Of a stretch of DNA of 64,000 bases, positions 1-9,654 are shown piece after piece. The position numbers were made by a program, and so were the translations under genes. Position 1 is the stretch's first letter; each line of letters starts with the position of its first letter. The notes below the pieces were generated by a model. The model made no database searches and was not told the origin of the DNA. It saw only the letters and a list, made by a program, of their open reading frames with translations. This DNA comes from an uncultured Erythrobacter sp. (lineage in GTDB: Bacteria; Pseudomonadota; Alphaproteobacteria; Sphingomonadales; Sphingomonadaceae), in NCBI GenBank assembly GCA_947494705.1, contig CANLVN010000005.1:7835-71834 (forward strand), given 5' to 3'.

Positions 1-2
1 CC

Positions 3-662
3 GCCTGCGAAACAATCGGCGCGATCCGCGTTGTCGCACACGAACCGGACGAAATCGCCGCGCTGCCGACGATCAGCAAGCTGCTCGAAGAGCGCCGGCT
101 GACTTTCGCCGAAGGACGTTTCAACATCGTCGACAGCGTGTTCACGGGGGCCGAGGGGGCGACATTCCCCATGCTCATCACCACTGCGGACAACTGTCTG
201 GTCACGCCAGAAGGATATAGCGAATTCATCGAAAAGTGCCGCGCCAACAGCGCCGACGCGGCAGCCGGGCTGGCGCACAAGGAAGACGTGATCGCCGCCG
301 ATCCCGAAGGCCAGAAGAAGTTCTACCAGTTCCGCGACGGCGGATATTCGAACTGCAATCTGTACTGGATCGGGTGTCGAAAGGCACTGAACGCCGCAGA
401 GATCATGCGTGGCGGCGGACAATTCGTGAAATTCCCGAACCGGATCATAAAGGCCTTTGGATTTATGAGCCTGATCCGGTTTCGTCTCGGCACGGGGTCT
501 AAGGAAAAGCTTTTCGAAAAGGTTTCGAAGAGGTTCGGCTTCAAGCTGGTCCCGATCGAACTTTCCAACGGCGAGTTCGCCATCGATGTCGACAATCAGC
601 GCACCTTCGACGTGACCGAGCGCCTTCTGCGCAAACGCGACGCCGCCGCGCCTGCCGACTGA
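3..662 (+). CDS. MobA-like nucleotidyltransferase (NTP_transf) family protein, 5'-truncated by the window edge
   Basis: Frame is open from base 3 (ACETIGAIRVVAHEPDEIAALP...) into the tracked ORF 138..662; contains PMLITTADNCLVTP (TTAD motif typical of this alphaproteobacterial NTP-transferase group) and YQFRDGGYSNCNLY. Confidence 0.65.
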   Translation, partial: ACETIGAIRVVAHEPDEIAALPTISKLLEERRLTFAEGRFNIVDSVFTGAEGATFPMLITTADNCLVTPEGYSEFIEKCRANSADAAAGLAHKEDVIAADPEGQKKFYQFRDGGYSNCNLYWIGCRKALNAAEIMRGGGQFVKFPNRIIKAFGFMSLIRFRLGTGSKEKLFEKVSKRFGFKLVPIELSNGEFAIDVDNQRTFDVTERLLRKRDAAAPAD

Positions 663-683
663 CGCCGCCGGGGCACGCACCGG

Positions 684-1940
684 ATGAAGCGTCTTTTCAC
701 GAATGTCGGCTGGTTGCTGGGCGCGCGAGGAATCAACGCCGCGCTCAGCCTCGTCTATCTCGCGCTCGCAACCCGCGCGCTTGGGCTCGAAACGTTCGGC
801 CAGTTCGCCGCAATCAGCGCATTGGGCCTCGCGGTCAACGGAATTGCCAGCTTCCAGACATGGCAATTCATCGTTCGCTGGGCCGGGTCGGAGGAGGACA
901 GTCCCGCCGACGAGCGAACGCTGCGCGAAGTCACCGGTTTCGCCCTCGCGCTCAACCTCCTCTCGATTGCCATCGGAGTGGCGATTTCTGCGGCGATCGT
1001 CATCAGCCTGCCGCTATGGCTGCCCCTGCCAGGCGAGCTCATGTGGCTGACCTTTTTCTATTGCGTACTCTCCGTCATCACCACTCGCTCGACGCCGATC
1101 GGGCTTTTGCGAGTGCGCTTCCGCTACGCCGCCGCCACTGCTGCGGAAGCGGTTTTGCCGATCACGCGCACGCTCGGTGCGGTCGCCGCGTGGTTCTTCA
1201 TGCCCGACGTGACCGGCTTCGTGCTCGCCTACGCAGCCGCCGAAATCGCGGTGACCCTCGCCTATTGGCTGGCCGCCGCCAAGGTTCACCGTATCGATCT
1301 TTCCGCGATCAGTTTCACCGCCATTCCAGCACGCCACAAGGATGCGTGGCGGTTCGTTTGGGCGACCAACCTTTCTGGAAGCCTTTCGATCGCGGGCAAG
1401 CAATTCATGCTGCTGCTCGTCGGGACATTCGGCGGGGCCGCGCTGCTTGGCGGCTTTCGGGTCGCCACCCAGCTTGGTCAGGCGCTGGTCGCATTGGCAC
1501 AGACAGTCTCGCGCGCAATCCTGCCTGAACTGGTCGCCGCGCGTGAGAGCGCATTGGCGATGGCCAAACGCGTGGCGATAATCGCGTTCGTCGCGGGGAC
1601 GCTGGCGGTGATCGTTGCGCTGATATTCGGCGAGTGGGCATTGCTTGCCCTAGCGGGACCGGGCTTCGGGGCGTTCTACGTGGCGATGGTGATCCTTGCG
1701 CTTGCGGGGGCAATCGAACTGGTCGGGGCAAGCCTTGAATCGCTGCTCGTATCGTCGGGCCGGGCGATGACAGCCTTTGCCGTGCGCGCTGTGCCCACCG
1801 TTCTCGCCTTTGCCGCGCTCAGCCCGGCCATCGCCGCGCTGGGCTCAGCGGGAGCGGCACTGACAGTGCTTGGCGCGAGCCTTGTCGCGGTACTGGGCTT
1901 CTGGCTTGCGATCAGCCGGACGCCCATAACGAAAGACTAG
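684..1940 (+). CDS. Wzx/MATE-like polysaccharide or lipid flippase (lipopolysaccharide biosynthesis protein)
   Basis: 418 aa, about 12 hydrophobic segments; N-terminus MKRLFTNVGWLLGARGINAALSLVYLALATRALGLETFG matches the Wzx-type N-terminal pattern. Confidence 0.75.
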   Translation: MKRLFTNVGWLLGARGINAALSLVYLALATRALGLETFGQFAAISALGLAVNGIASFQTWQFIVRWAGSEEDSPADERTLREVTGFALALNLLSIAIGVAISAAIVISLPLWLPLPGELMWLTFFYCVLSVITTRSTPIGLLRVRFRYAAATAAEAVLPITRTLGAVAAWFFMPDVTGFVLAYAAAEIAVTLAYWLAAAKVHRIDLSAISFTAIPARHKDAWRFVWATNLSGSLSIAGKQFMLLLVGTFGGAALLGGFRVATQLGQALVALAQTVSRAILPELVAARESALAMAKRVAIIAFVAGTLAVIVALIFGEWALLALAGPGFGAFYVAMVILALAGAIELVGASLESLLVSSGRAMTAFAVRAVPTVLAFAALSPAIAALGSAGAALTVLGASLVAVLGFWLAISRTPITKD

Positions 1941-3493
1941 CCCTCGAAAGCCAGCTTGGGCTTGCGCGCCGCAGCGGTTTCATCGAGCCGTCGCCGGGGT
2001 GCGAAATAGGGCGCCTGTTTGAGCGTCTCGTCACCCGCCTTGGCACGTTCGACAAGGCTGCGGAATGCGGCAATGAACTGGTCCATTGTGGCCTTGCTTT
2101 CGGTTTCGGTCGGCTCGACCAGCATGGCGCCGTGTACCACCAGCGGGAAATAGACCGTCATCGGATGGTAGCCCTCGTCGATCAGACCCTTGGCGAGATC
2201 GAGCGTGGACAGGTCGCCGCCGAAATCCTTGTCGCCGAACAACGCCTCATGCATGCACGGACCAGAATCGGCGAAGGGCGCGTGGAGGATGTCGTCCATG
2301 CTGCGCAGGATGTAATTGGCGTTGAGCACTGCATCCTCGGCAACCTGCTTCAACCCGTCCGCGCCGTGGCTGAGCATGTAGGTCAGCGCCCGGGTGAACA
2401 TGCCCATCTGGCCGTGGAATGCGGTCATGCGACCAAATGTGTGGCCGCGGCTTTCCTCGCGCGCTTCCTCTTCGACCAGTTCGAAGGTGCCGCTATCCTC
2501 GTCCCGACGCACGAAAGGCAGCGGGGCGAACGGGGCGAGCGCTTCTGAGAACACCACCGGACCCGAACCGGGCCCACCACCGCCATGCGGGGTGGAGAAG
2601 GTCTTGTGCAGGTTGATGTGCATCGCATCGACGCCGAGGTCGCCCGGTCGCACGCGGCCGACGATGGCGTTGAAATTCGCGCCGTCGCAATAGACGTAAC
2701 CGCCCGCTTCATGGACCGCATCGGCGATGGTGCGGAAGTCCTTTTCGAAGAGGCCGCACGTGTTGGGGTTTGTGATCATCACCGCGGCCACGTCCGGCCC
2801 CAGCCGCTCCTTGATCTTGGCAACGTCGACACGGCCTTCGGGTGTGGCGGGAATGTCTTCGACACGGTAGCCCGCAACAGCGGCGGTCGCCGGATTGGTG
2901 CCGTGCGCGCTTTCAGGCACCAGCACCACCTCGCGCGCATCGCCGCGCGCCTCGTGCGCAGCGCGGATCGCGAGGATACCGCAAAGCTCACCATGTGCCC
3001 CCGCCTTGGGACTCATCGCGACCGCCGGCATTCCGGTCAGGGTCTTGAGCCAGTCGCCTAGCTCATGGATCACCTCGAGCGCGCCTTGCACGCTGTTCTG
3101 GGGCGCGAGCGGATGGATGTCGGCAAAGCCGGGAAGCCGCGCGACCTTTTCGTTGAGGCGCGGATTGTGCTTCATCGTGCAGCTGCCGAGCGGGAAGAAA
3201 CCGAGGTCGATCCCGTAGTTCTGGCGGCTGAGGCGGGTGTAGTGGCGTACCGTTTCCGGCTCGGTCATACCGGCCAGGCCGATGGGCTCGCTGCGGTCCA
3301 GACCGCCGAGGCGCGTCGATGCGCTCTCGTCGATCTCCGGCAGGTCGACACCGGTCACCTCGGTATGGCCGATCTCGAACAGCAGCGGCTCTTCGAGCAT
3401 CAGTGCGCGGTTGCCTGTGGTGGTGGGGCTGTCGCCGGTCGCATCGGCGACCTGCATGCTCGGTTTCCAGCCGGACTTGTTGGGCGCGTTCAT
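1937..3493 (-). CDS. gcvPB: Glycine dehydrogenase (decarboxylating) subunit 2
   Basis: FFPLGSCTMKHNPR, PESAHGTNPATA, PLP lysine motif HINLHKTFSTPHGGGGPG, EPTETESK; ATG at 3493 overlaps the gcvPA stop (TAATG). Confidence 0.96.
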   Translation of the reverse strand: MNAPNKSGWKPSMQVADATGDSPTTTGNRALMLEEPLLFEIGHTEVTGVDLPEIDESASTRLGGLDRSEPIGLAGMTEPETVRHYTRLSRQNYGIDLGFFPLGSCTMKHNPRLNEKVARLPGFADIHPLAPQNSVQGALEVIHELGDWLKTLTGMPAVAMSPKAGAHGELCGILAIRAAHEARGDAREVVLVPESAHGTNPATAAVAGYRVEDIPATPEGRVDVAKIKERLGPDVAAVMITNPNTCGLFEKDFRTIADAVHEAGGYVYCDGANFNAIVGRVRPGDLGVDAMHINLHKTFSTPHGGGGPGSGPVVFSEALAPFAPLPFVRRDEDSGTFELVEEEAREESRGHTFGRMTAFHGQMGMFTRALTYMLSHGADGLKQVAEDAVLNANYILRSMDDILHAPFADSGPCMHEALFGDKDFGGDLSTLDLAKGLIDEGYHPMTVYFPLVVHGAMLVEPTETESKATMDQFIAAFRSLVERAKAGDETLKQAPYFAPRRRLDETAAARKPKLAFEG

Positions 3494-4866
3494 TATGCGG
3501 CCTCCTTCACGCTTGCCTCGATCTCGCGAGCGAGCGTTTCGATGTCTTCTTCGGTGGTGGTTTCGGTAACGGCGACCAGCAGCGCGTGTTCGAGCGCCTC
3601 GACGCCCGGATAGAGCCGCCCGAGAGACACCCCGCCCAGCACGCCCCGATCGGCAAGGTCGCGCACGATCGCGCGCGCAGGTTTGCCTTCGAGCATCAGG
3701 GTAAATTCGTTGAAGAAGGCGTTGTTGAGCAACTTCACGCCCGGCACCTTTTCCAGGCGGTCTGCCGCAACGCAGGCCAGGCGGTGGTTCTCCGCCGCCA
3801 GCTGCCTCAGCCCCTTTTCGCCGAGCAGCGTCATGTGGACGCTGAACGCAAGCGCGCATAGCCCACTGTTGGTGCAGATGTTGCTCGTCGCCTTCTCGCG
3901 GCGAATATGCTGTTCGCGGGTCGACAGCGTCAGGACGAAGCCGCGCTTGCCCTCCGCGTCGATAGTCTCGCCGCACAGGCGCCCGGGCATCTGGCGCACA
4001 TGCTTGGGATCGCGAACCGCGAAAAGGCCGAGATACGGCCCGCCAAATTGCAGGCCGACGCCGATAGACTGCCCTTCGCCCACAACTATATCCGCGCCCA
4101 TTTCGCCCGGCGACTTGAGCGCACCAAGCGCCACTGGCTCGGTATTAACGACAACCAGTAAAGCCCCCTTGGCATGCGCGGCTTCTGCGACTTGCGAAAG
4201 GTCGCTCACCCGCCCCAGGATATCGGGATATTGCACCACGACACAGGCGGTCTCATCGTCGATCCGGGACGTCAGGCCGTCGAGATCGGGATCGGCGGTG
4301 ATGGCAGGTTGCGCATCGGCAATCGTGTCGCCGGTGAAATGCGCCATGGTTTTGACCACCTGCGCATAATGCGGATGGAGCGCGCCCGACAGGACCGCGC
4401 GGCTGCGCTTGGTCACGCGGGTCGCCATCGCCACCGCTTCCCAGCATGCGGTCGAGCCGTCATAGAGCGAGGCATTCGCCACCGCGCAGCCATAGAGGCG
4501 CGCGACCTGCGTCTGGAATTCGAACAGCATCTGCAGCGTGCCCTGCGCAATCTCAGGCTGGTAGGGCGTATAGGCGGTCAGAAACTCGCCGCGCTGGATG
4601 ATGTGATCGACGCTCGCCGGCACATGGTGGCGATAAGCCCCTGCGCCGAGGAAGAACGGCGCATCCCCCGCCGCAAGGTTCTTCGCAGCGCGAGCCTTCA
4701 TGTGGCGCTCGACCGCCAATTCACTCGCATGCATCGGCAGGTCGCGGATCGGCCCGTCCAGCCGAGCAACTTCGGGCACATCGACGAACAGGTCGTCGAT
4801 GCTCGATGCGCCGATGGTCGCCAGCATATCCTTGCGGTCGGTGTCGGTCAGAGGGAGGTAACGCAT
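3493..4866 (-). CDS. gcvPA: Glycine dehydrogenase (decarboxylating) subunit 1
   Basis: Starts [15 protein letters not shown]; [53 protein letters not shown]. Confidence 0.96.
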   Translation of the reverse strand: MRYLPLTDTDRKDMLATIGASSIDDLFVDVPEVARLDGPIRDLPMHASELAVERHMKARAAKNLAAGDAPFFLGAGAYRHHVPASVDHIIQRGEFLTAYTPYQPEIAQGTLQMLFEFQTQVARLYGCAVANASLYDGSTACWEAVAMATRVTKRSRAVLSGALHPHYAQVVKTMAHFTGDTIADAQPAITADPDLDGLTSRIDDETACVVVQYPDILGRVSDLSQVAEAAHAKGALLVVVNTEPVALGALKSPGEMGADIVVGEGQSIGVGLQFGGPYLGLFAVRDPKHVRQMPGRLCGETIDAEGKRGFVLTLSTREQHIRREKATSNICTNSGLCALAFSVHMTLLGEKGLRQLAAENHRLACVAADRLEKVPGVKLLNNAFFNEFTLMLEGKPARAIVRDLADRGVLGGVSLGRLYPGVEALEHALLVAVTETTTEEDIETLAREIEASVKEAA

Positions 4867-4922
4867 CAGTTTTCCTTGGTGTCGGCGTCGAAGAGGTACG
4901 CAGCTGGAAGCCCTGCGGATGG

Positions 4923-5294
4923 TTAGAGGCTGTCCACGAACGCCTTGTAAGCGGTTTCGTCCATCAGGCCTTTCAGCTCCGAGGAGTCCGAGATCGACAG
5001 GCGGAAGAACCAGCCCTCTTCCTCGGGCGAGGAATTGACGAGTGCGGGGTCGTCTTCGAGTGCGCCGTTCACTTCGGTCACTTCGCCGGAGATCGGCGCG
5101 TAGACGTCGCTCGCCGCCTTGACGCTTTCGACCACCGAGGCATCGCCGCCCTTGTCGAGCGTCGCGCCCACTTCGGGCAGTTCGACGAAGACGATGTCGC
5201 CAAGCTGCTCCTGCGCGTAATCGGTAATTCCGACGGTGGCGCTTTCGCCCTCGACGTCGATCCATTCATGTTCATCGGTAAAGTAACGTGGCAT
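4923..5294 (-). CDS. gcvH: Glycine cleavage system H protein
   Basis: [28 protein letters not shown], lipoyl-lysine motif [13 protein letters not shown]. Confidence 0.97.
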   Translation of the reverse strand: MPRYFTDEHEWIDVEGESATVGITDYAQEQLGDIVFVELPEVGATLDKGGDASVVESVKAASDVYAPISGEVTEVNGALEDDPALVNSSPEEEGWFFRLSISDSSELKGLMDETAYKAFVDSL

Positions 5295-5297
5295 CGG

Positions 5298-6458
5298 TCA
5301 ATTTCCCCTGAAGTAGCGGTGCGGGACAAATGGCATGGGTGAGACGGTGGCGGGCAGGCGCTTGCCCCGGACCTCGCATTCAAGCCGAGTTCCTTCGGCT
5401 GCATGCGCGAAGTCGATATAGGCCATGGCGATCGGCGCGCCGAGTGTGGGCGAGAAACCGCCGCTCGTAACGGTGCCGACTTTGGTGTCGCCGGCAAAGA
5501 CAACGGCACCTTCGCGCGCGGGCAGGCGCCCTTCGAGCTTGAGCCCGACGCGGCGTTTTTCCAGTGTGCCGCTCTCGCTCTCGGCAAGGCGCGCAGCGAT
5601 GGCGGGAAAGCCGTGATAGTCGCCGGTTTCGCGGCGTTTCTTCGACAGGGCAAAGGTCAGGTCGGCGCTGACGGGGTCGGTATCCTGGCTAAGGTCGTGA
5701 CCGTAAAGGGGGAGGCCCGCTTCGAGCCTCAAGCTGTCGCGCGCGCCGAGGCCGGCCGGTTTCACCCTTTCGTCGGCAACGAGGGCACTGGCGAGATTGG
5801 CGGCGTGGCTCTCATGCACCGAGATCTCGAAACCGTCCTCGCCGGTGTAGCCCGCACGGCTGACCCACAGATGCGCCGTCTTGTCGTTCACTGACCATTC
5901 GAACAGGCCCGCGGTCATGAAGGTCAGCGCACCGGTCCCGGGGACCAGCTTTTCGAGCACCTCGCCTGCTTCCGGTCCCTGCAAGGCCAGCAATGCAAAA
6001 TCGTCGTAATGGGTAAGCGTCACCTCGTCTGGAAGGTGTTCGCGCAGGTGGGCGATATCGTCCCACTTGCATGCGCCGTTGACGACCAGAGAAATATGCG
6101 GCCCGGTATTGGTGACCATCAGGTCATCGATGATCCCGCCCGCCTCGGTCAGCAGCAGCGAATAGCGCATCCTGCCCGGCTTGAGACTGGTAATCGCTCC
6201 GGGCAGCAGCTTTTCCAGCTCACGCGCGGCAAGGCCCGGATCATCCTCCGGCGATTTGAGCGCGAGCTGGCCCATATGCGACACGTCGAACAGGCTGGCG
6301 CTGCTGCGGGTCCATTCATGCTCGGTGACGATACCCTCATACTGGATCGGCATTTCGTACCCGGCGAAGGGTACCATGCGCGCACCCTGTTCGCGATGCC
6401 ACGCATCGAGCGGAAGCACTTCCAGCGGCAGGTCTTCGGGTGTTTCGTCGTCGCTCAA
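5298..6458 (-). CDS. gcvT: Glycine cleavage system aminomethyltransferase T
   Basis: MVPFAGYEMPIQY, LFDVSHMGQL, SRAGYTGEDGFEI, GLGARDSLRLEAGLPLYG; probable TTG start at 6458 after an AGGGGA RBS-like sequence. Confidence 0.95.
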   Translation of the reverse strand: MSDDETPEDLPLEVLPLDAWHREQGARMVPFAGYEMPIQYEGIVTEHEWTRSSASLFDVSHMGQLALKSPEDDPGLAARELEKLLPGAITSLKPGRMRYSLLLTEAGGIIDDLMVTNTGPHISLVVNGACKWDDIAHLREHLPDEVTLTHYDDFALLALQGPEAGEVLEKLVPGTGALTFMTAGLFEWSVNDKTAHLWVSRAGYTGEDGFEISVHESHAANLASALVADERVKPAGLGARDSLRLEAGLPLYGHDLSQDTDPVSADLTFALSKKRRETGDYHGFPAIAARLAESESGTLEKRRVGLKLEGRLPAREGAVVFAGDTKVGTVTSGGFSPTLGAPIAMAYIDFAHAAEGTRLECEVRGKRLPATVSPMPFVPHRYFRGN

Positions 6459-6514
6459 GTCTTTGGTCCCCTGATAGGTGCAGCAACGCTCCGAAACGAA
6501 GCGCAAGTTCCTGC

Positions 6515-6705
6515 CCCCTCTGTCGGGTAAACCTGAGAGCTTAGCCGCGCGCCGGGGCGATGCGGCCTTCCCCTTCGGTGGCTCCGGGACGACCGGAGCG
6601 CTTTCCAGAGTGCCTGTGCCGGCTCGCGGTCCTTTTGCCTGAGAGTTTCCGGGGCGGTTGCTCCTTCGGCGCCTGGCTGTTTCCAACCGGGTCTCTCCCG
6701 CGAGA
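6515..6705 (-). promoter_or_regulatory. Tandem glycine riboswitch
   Basis: Minus strand reads GCGGGAGAG...CGCCGAAGGAGCAACCGCCCCGGAAACTCTCAGGCAAAAGGACCGCG (aptamer 1), then CTCTGGAAAG...CACCGAAGGG...GCTCTCAGG...GACAGAGG (aptamer 2); directly upstream of gcvT. End points approximate. Confidence 0.93.
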
Positions 6706-6827
6706 GACGCCGGAATCGCTTCCGGCAGGCATGCTTATGTTGCGGATGCGAAATGGCGCGTCAATCGCACGAGCGCCGAACCGGCAAATAAATATGAGCA
6801 AACGCGCTCAAAGGCGCATTTTGTACG

Positions 6828-7193
6828 TCAGGCGAGAGGGCAGTCGCCCGCTTCGAGAGTGTATCTGCTCCCACCCGATTCGCTGACCTTGGCTCGCGCA
6901 CACCAATTGGGAGAGACACTCGACTTCAAGGTGGATAGAACATGGCGGTTCCCTGCAGCGATGCTGGTGCTGCCAGCATGGCGCGCAGTGGAATTGGTGA
7001 TCAACTCGATTTCGTAGTCGACCTGCTGCGTCATCGGCGAGTTGGCGACCAACTGAATTTCGACGCTTTCGCCTTCCTCTATCACTTCGAGCGAAAGCGC
7101 GCGCGCCTCCCCTCCACTGGCCGCAGCCGCGCCGCCGGAAGCCAGCGCAAGCGCCGGGGTCAGAACCATCAATCGGCGGGTGAACTCACGCAT
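6828..7193 (-). CDS. csgH: CsgH-like curli accessory protein (secreted, small beta-rich)
   Basis: 121 aa with signal peptide; pattern Y-E-I-E-L...S.A.H.GS...AG...LSTL...WCA.A.V...Y.L..G.C with two Cys, as in CsgH; last gene of a csgF-csgG-curlin run. Confidence 0.65.
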   Translation of the reverse strand: MREFTRRLMVLTPALALASGGAAAASGGEARALSLEVIEEGESVEIQLVANSPMTQQVDYEIELITNSTARHAGSTSIAAGNRHVLSTLKSSVSPNWCARAKVSESGGSRYTLEAGDCPLA

Positions 7194-7206
7194 GGTCGTT
7201 ATGCTC

Positions 7207-7980
7207 CTATGGCCCGCCCAATTGCTGGACGATTGCGTTGACGACGGCCTGTGTTTCCGGGGTGAGGTCATTGGCGGGGTCGGATTCGACCGCCGCCTCG
7301 TTGCTGACGGCATTCTGATTGGTGAAAGCAACCGACGCGATTACCGAGTCGTCGACTCCTGAACTGCCGTTCGCCCCCTTTGCCAGCCGGGCAATCGCCG
7401 CTTCGAGCGTAGCGATCCGATCGCTATCGAGGCTTTCGCCCAGGATCGCTTCGGCTGCCGTTGCACCTTGTGAGCTTTGCGTAAATTCGGCCGAGCGGGT
7501 TTCGAGCCTGTCTTCGCAGAGTGCCCTCAGCGCGGGGATACTCTGCTCCTGGTCGCAAATGTCAGTACCCTCGACCGCGTCGATCAGCACTTCGCGCTGC
7601 GCCGGAGTCAATTGGGCCAGCACCTCGGCGGATTGTCCGTCGGACAGCTGTTCGACCTCGCGCCCGCCCTCGCCCGTTTGCGAAAGCTGCGCGACGTCGG
7701 GATCGACATCCTGATTTCGAGCGCGCTCCATCTGCGCCTGCGCGGCTCGGGCGCGAGCGGCGGCAACGCTTTCGGGCGTGATCTCGTCCGGGAAATAGAC
7801 CTTCGAGGAATTGTCCTCAACCACAGGCCGGGCATCGAATACCGCCGACTCTTCCTGAGGGGCCTGTTCGACGAAGGCCGATGCGGCTTGCGGGTCCGCT
7901 TCAGTCTCGGCCTGCTGCGCAGCAAGAACTGCCGGCGCGAGAAACGCGCCAAAGGCAAGGAGGCGGATGACCGGGCTCAG
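7207..7980 (-). CDS. Hypothetical secreted acidic protein in the curli operon (start uncertain)
   Basis: Open frame 7207..8025 with a signal-peptide-like segment IRLLAFGAFLAPAVLAAQQ; co-oriented and tightly packed between curlin and csgH. No in-frame ATG near the N-terminus; CTG at 7980 follows GAGGA by 7 nt. Confidence 0.6.
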   Translation of the reverse strand: MSPVIRLLAFGAFLAPAVLAAQQAETEADPQAASAFVEQAPQEESAVFDARPVVEDNSSKVYFPDEITPESVAAARARAAQAQMERARNQDVDPDVAQLSQTGEGGREVEQLSDGQSAEVLAQLTPAQREVLIDAVEGTDICDQEQSIPALRALCEDRLETRSAEFTQSSQGATAAEAILGESLDSDRIATLEAAIARLAKGANGSSGVDDSVIASVAFTNQNAVSNEAAVESDPANDLTPETQAVVNAIVQQLGGP

Positions 7981-7990
7981 CCGCCCATCC

Positions 7991-8638
7991 TCAATTGCTC
8001 TGCGAGATGAAAGCGGTCGCACCACCGGTCTGCGTGATGCTCATATCGGGAAGGCCGTTGCCGTTCTGCTGCCATTCGAGCCGGTTGCCTGCGCCCACCT
8101 GGACCGCGGTCATGGCATTATTGTCGCCAACCTGCGCGAGACGCGCCTGATTGTCCGAACCATCCTGCGTCAGCGAAAGGGAATTCCCATTGCCGCTTTG
8201 CAAGACTTCGGCAGCCGAACCGATCGCGCCGATGTCGTTCTGAGACAGGGTCGCCATATTACCGTTGCCCAGCTGCGAGACGAGAGCGATGCTTTCGACA
8301 TCGCCTTCCTGAACAACCTCTGCGTCGTTGTCGTCACCGGCCTGGACGATGCCTGCATAATGCGCGCCCGCGCCACTCTGGTCGACAGCGGCCTCGTTGG
8401 AGTTGCCGTCCTGCGAAATGGCTGCGGCCTGCGTGGTCGAAATCTGGGTCGCCTCGGCCGTGTTGTTATCGCCGATCTGTTCGATGAAAACGCCCGAAGT
8501 CGGCGCGGTCGGAGGGACGGTTACATCGACGAAAGTCTGCGCCGCAACAGGAGCGGCAAACATGGCGCACCCTGCAAGCAGGCCAGCGGTCCCGATTACT
8601 TCGGCGAAGCGGTTTGCGTGTTTTGCCATAGCTGTCAT
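7991..8638 (-). CDS. Curlin-repeat protein, CsgB-like
   Basis: Signal peptide, then about six repeats of x-Q-x-G-x-x-N-x-A-x-x-x-Q (IEQIGDNNTAEATQ, ISQDGNSNEAAVDQ, IVQAGDDNDAEVVQ, VSQLGNGNMATLSQ, VLQSGNGNSLSLTQ, LAQVGDNNAMTAVQ) and a divergent last repeat ending MSITQTGGATAFISQSN. Alternative start at 8629. Confidence 0.85.
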   Translation of the reverse strand: MTAMAKHANRFAEVIGTAGLLAGCAMFAAPVAAQTFVDVTVPPTAPTSGVFIEQIGDNNTAEATQISTTQAAAISQDGNSNEAAVDQSGAGAHYAGIVQAGDDNDAEVVQEGDVESIALVSQLGNGNMATLSQNDIGAIGSAAEVLQSGNGNSLSLTQDGSDNQARLAQVGDNNAMTAVQVGAGNRLEWQQNGNGLPDMSITQTGGATAFISQSN

Positions 8639-8685
8639 TCGTCCTTCATACCTCAAGCTGGCGCGTAATGCGAGCGAGCGGGCCT

Positions 8686-9654
8686 TTAAGACCCCTCGTC
8701 ATCTTCCTCGCCATCGTCGACGACTGTCAGAGCGCTAAGTGAACCGGCACGCTTGACCGCTTCCTGAACGTCGCGCGCATCGTAGATGCCATCACGCTCG
8801 GCGCGATAGGCCGAGATCAGACCTTCTGCCCCAGCCATGTCCGCAAACCTCCAGAGGCCAAGGTCCACGCCTTCCAGCACGAGACCATAAACCGCTTTTT
8901 CAATCGCCTGTTGCAGCGCGACCTGGTCGGGCTCGTTGGCGGTGATGCCCCATTCAGCCTCGAGCAGTTCCTGAAACGCCACGAACCGGTAAGCATTCGC
9001 CCCGATCGCCTGGCTGGCGATGGTCTTGGACGTCTGGATGTTCGTCAGCACTTCGCCCGTACGCACCGAAACGGCGCGCAGATAGACGGTTACGGTGTCC
9101 TGGCGATATTCGGTACGTGCACCGATGCCGAGGAATGCCGCACCCGCACCGCCGGTAACGGTGTTGGTGTCGTAGCCGACGATCCCGCCTTCGAGCAGTA
9201 CGCCCGCGAACAAGAGAGCCGGAAGTGCATTGGGATCGACCTGGTCCTCACCGAGATAGCGCTTGCGCATCTCCCCGATGATCTGGCGTTCCTTGAGCAG
9301 GTTATCGAGCCGCTCACGCTCGACCACGGTGAACCAGTCGCGATTGCCCGCATCCTGCAACGCCTTGACGAGTATCGAGCCCGCACCTTGCGTTACCGCG
9401 CGTGACAGCGTCTGACCGGTCGTGGTCGGCTTGAACTGACCGGTCTGGTCGGTAAAGCCATACACCGCAACCGCCACCTGGCGTTGCGGAGCGGGCAGCT
9501 GCCTGAGCAGGTTCTGCGTCTGCGTCGTCTTGGGGAAAGAGGCGAGACTGGTCGAATCGGGCAGCAGGTCGCGGCCGTGGTCGCCGACACTCATGCAACC
9601 GCCCAAGCCCATCGCCAGTGCAGCGGCGATGCCCATTCGCGTAAAAGCTCGCAT
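8686..9654 (-). CDS. csgG: Curli secretion channel lipoprotein CsgG
   Basis: Lipobox GLGGC; VAVYGFTDQTGQFKP, LSRAVTQGA, WFTVVERERLDNLLKERQII, GGIVGYDTNTVTGGAGA, YRQDTVTVYLRAVSVRTGEVL. Confidence 0.93.
   Translation of the reverse strand: MRAFTRMGIAAALAMGLGGCMSVGDHGRDLLPDSTSLASFPKTTQTQNLLRQLPAPQRQVAVAVYGFTDQTGQFKPTTTGQTLSRAVTQGAGSILVKALQDAGNRDWFTVVERERLDNLLKERQIIGEMRKRYLGEDQVDPNALPALLFAGVLLEGGIVGYDTNTVTGGAGAAFLGIGARTEYRQDTVTVYLRAVSVRTGEVLTNIQTSKTIASQAIGANAYRFVAFQELLEAEWGITANEPDQVALQQAIEKAVYGLVLEGVDLGLWRFADMAGAEGLISAYRAERDGIYDARDVQEAVKRAGSLSALTVVDDGEEDDEGS

Noticed and set aside
1937-6686. Extended N-termini given by the ORF track for gcvPB (3976), gcvPA (5265) and gcvT (6686)
   Set aside because: The extensions run through neighbouring genes or the riboswitch; family N-termini and RBS/overlap evidence support 3493, 4866 and 6458.
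7991-8638. Curlin repeats as a CRISPR array or DNA tandem repeat
   Set aside because: The periodicity is at the protein level with degenerate codons; there are no identical DNA repeats with unique spacers and no cas genes.
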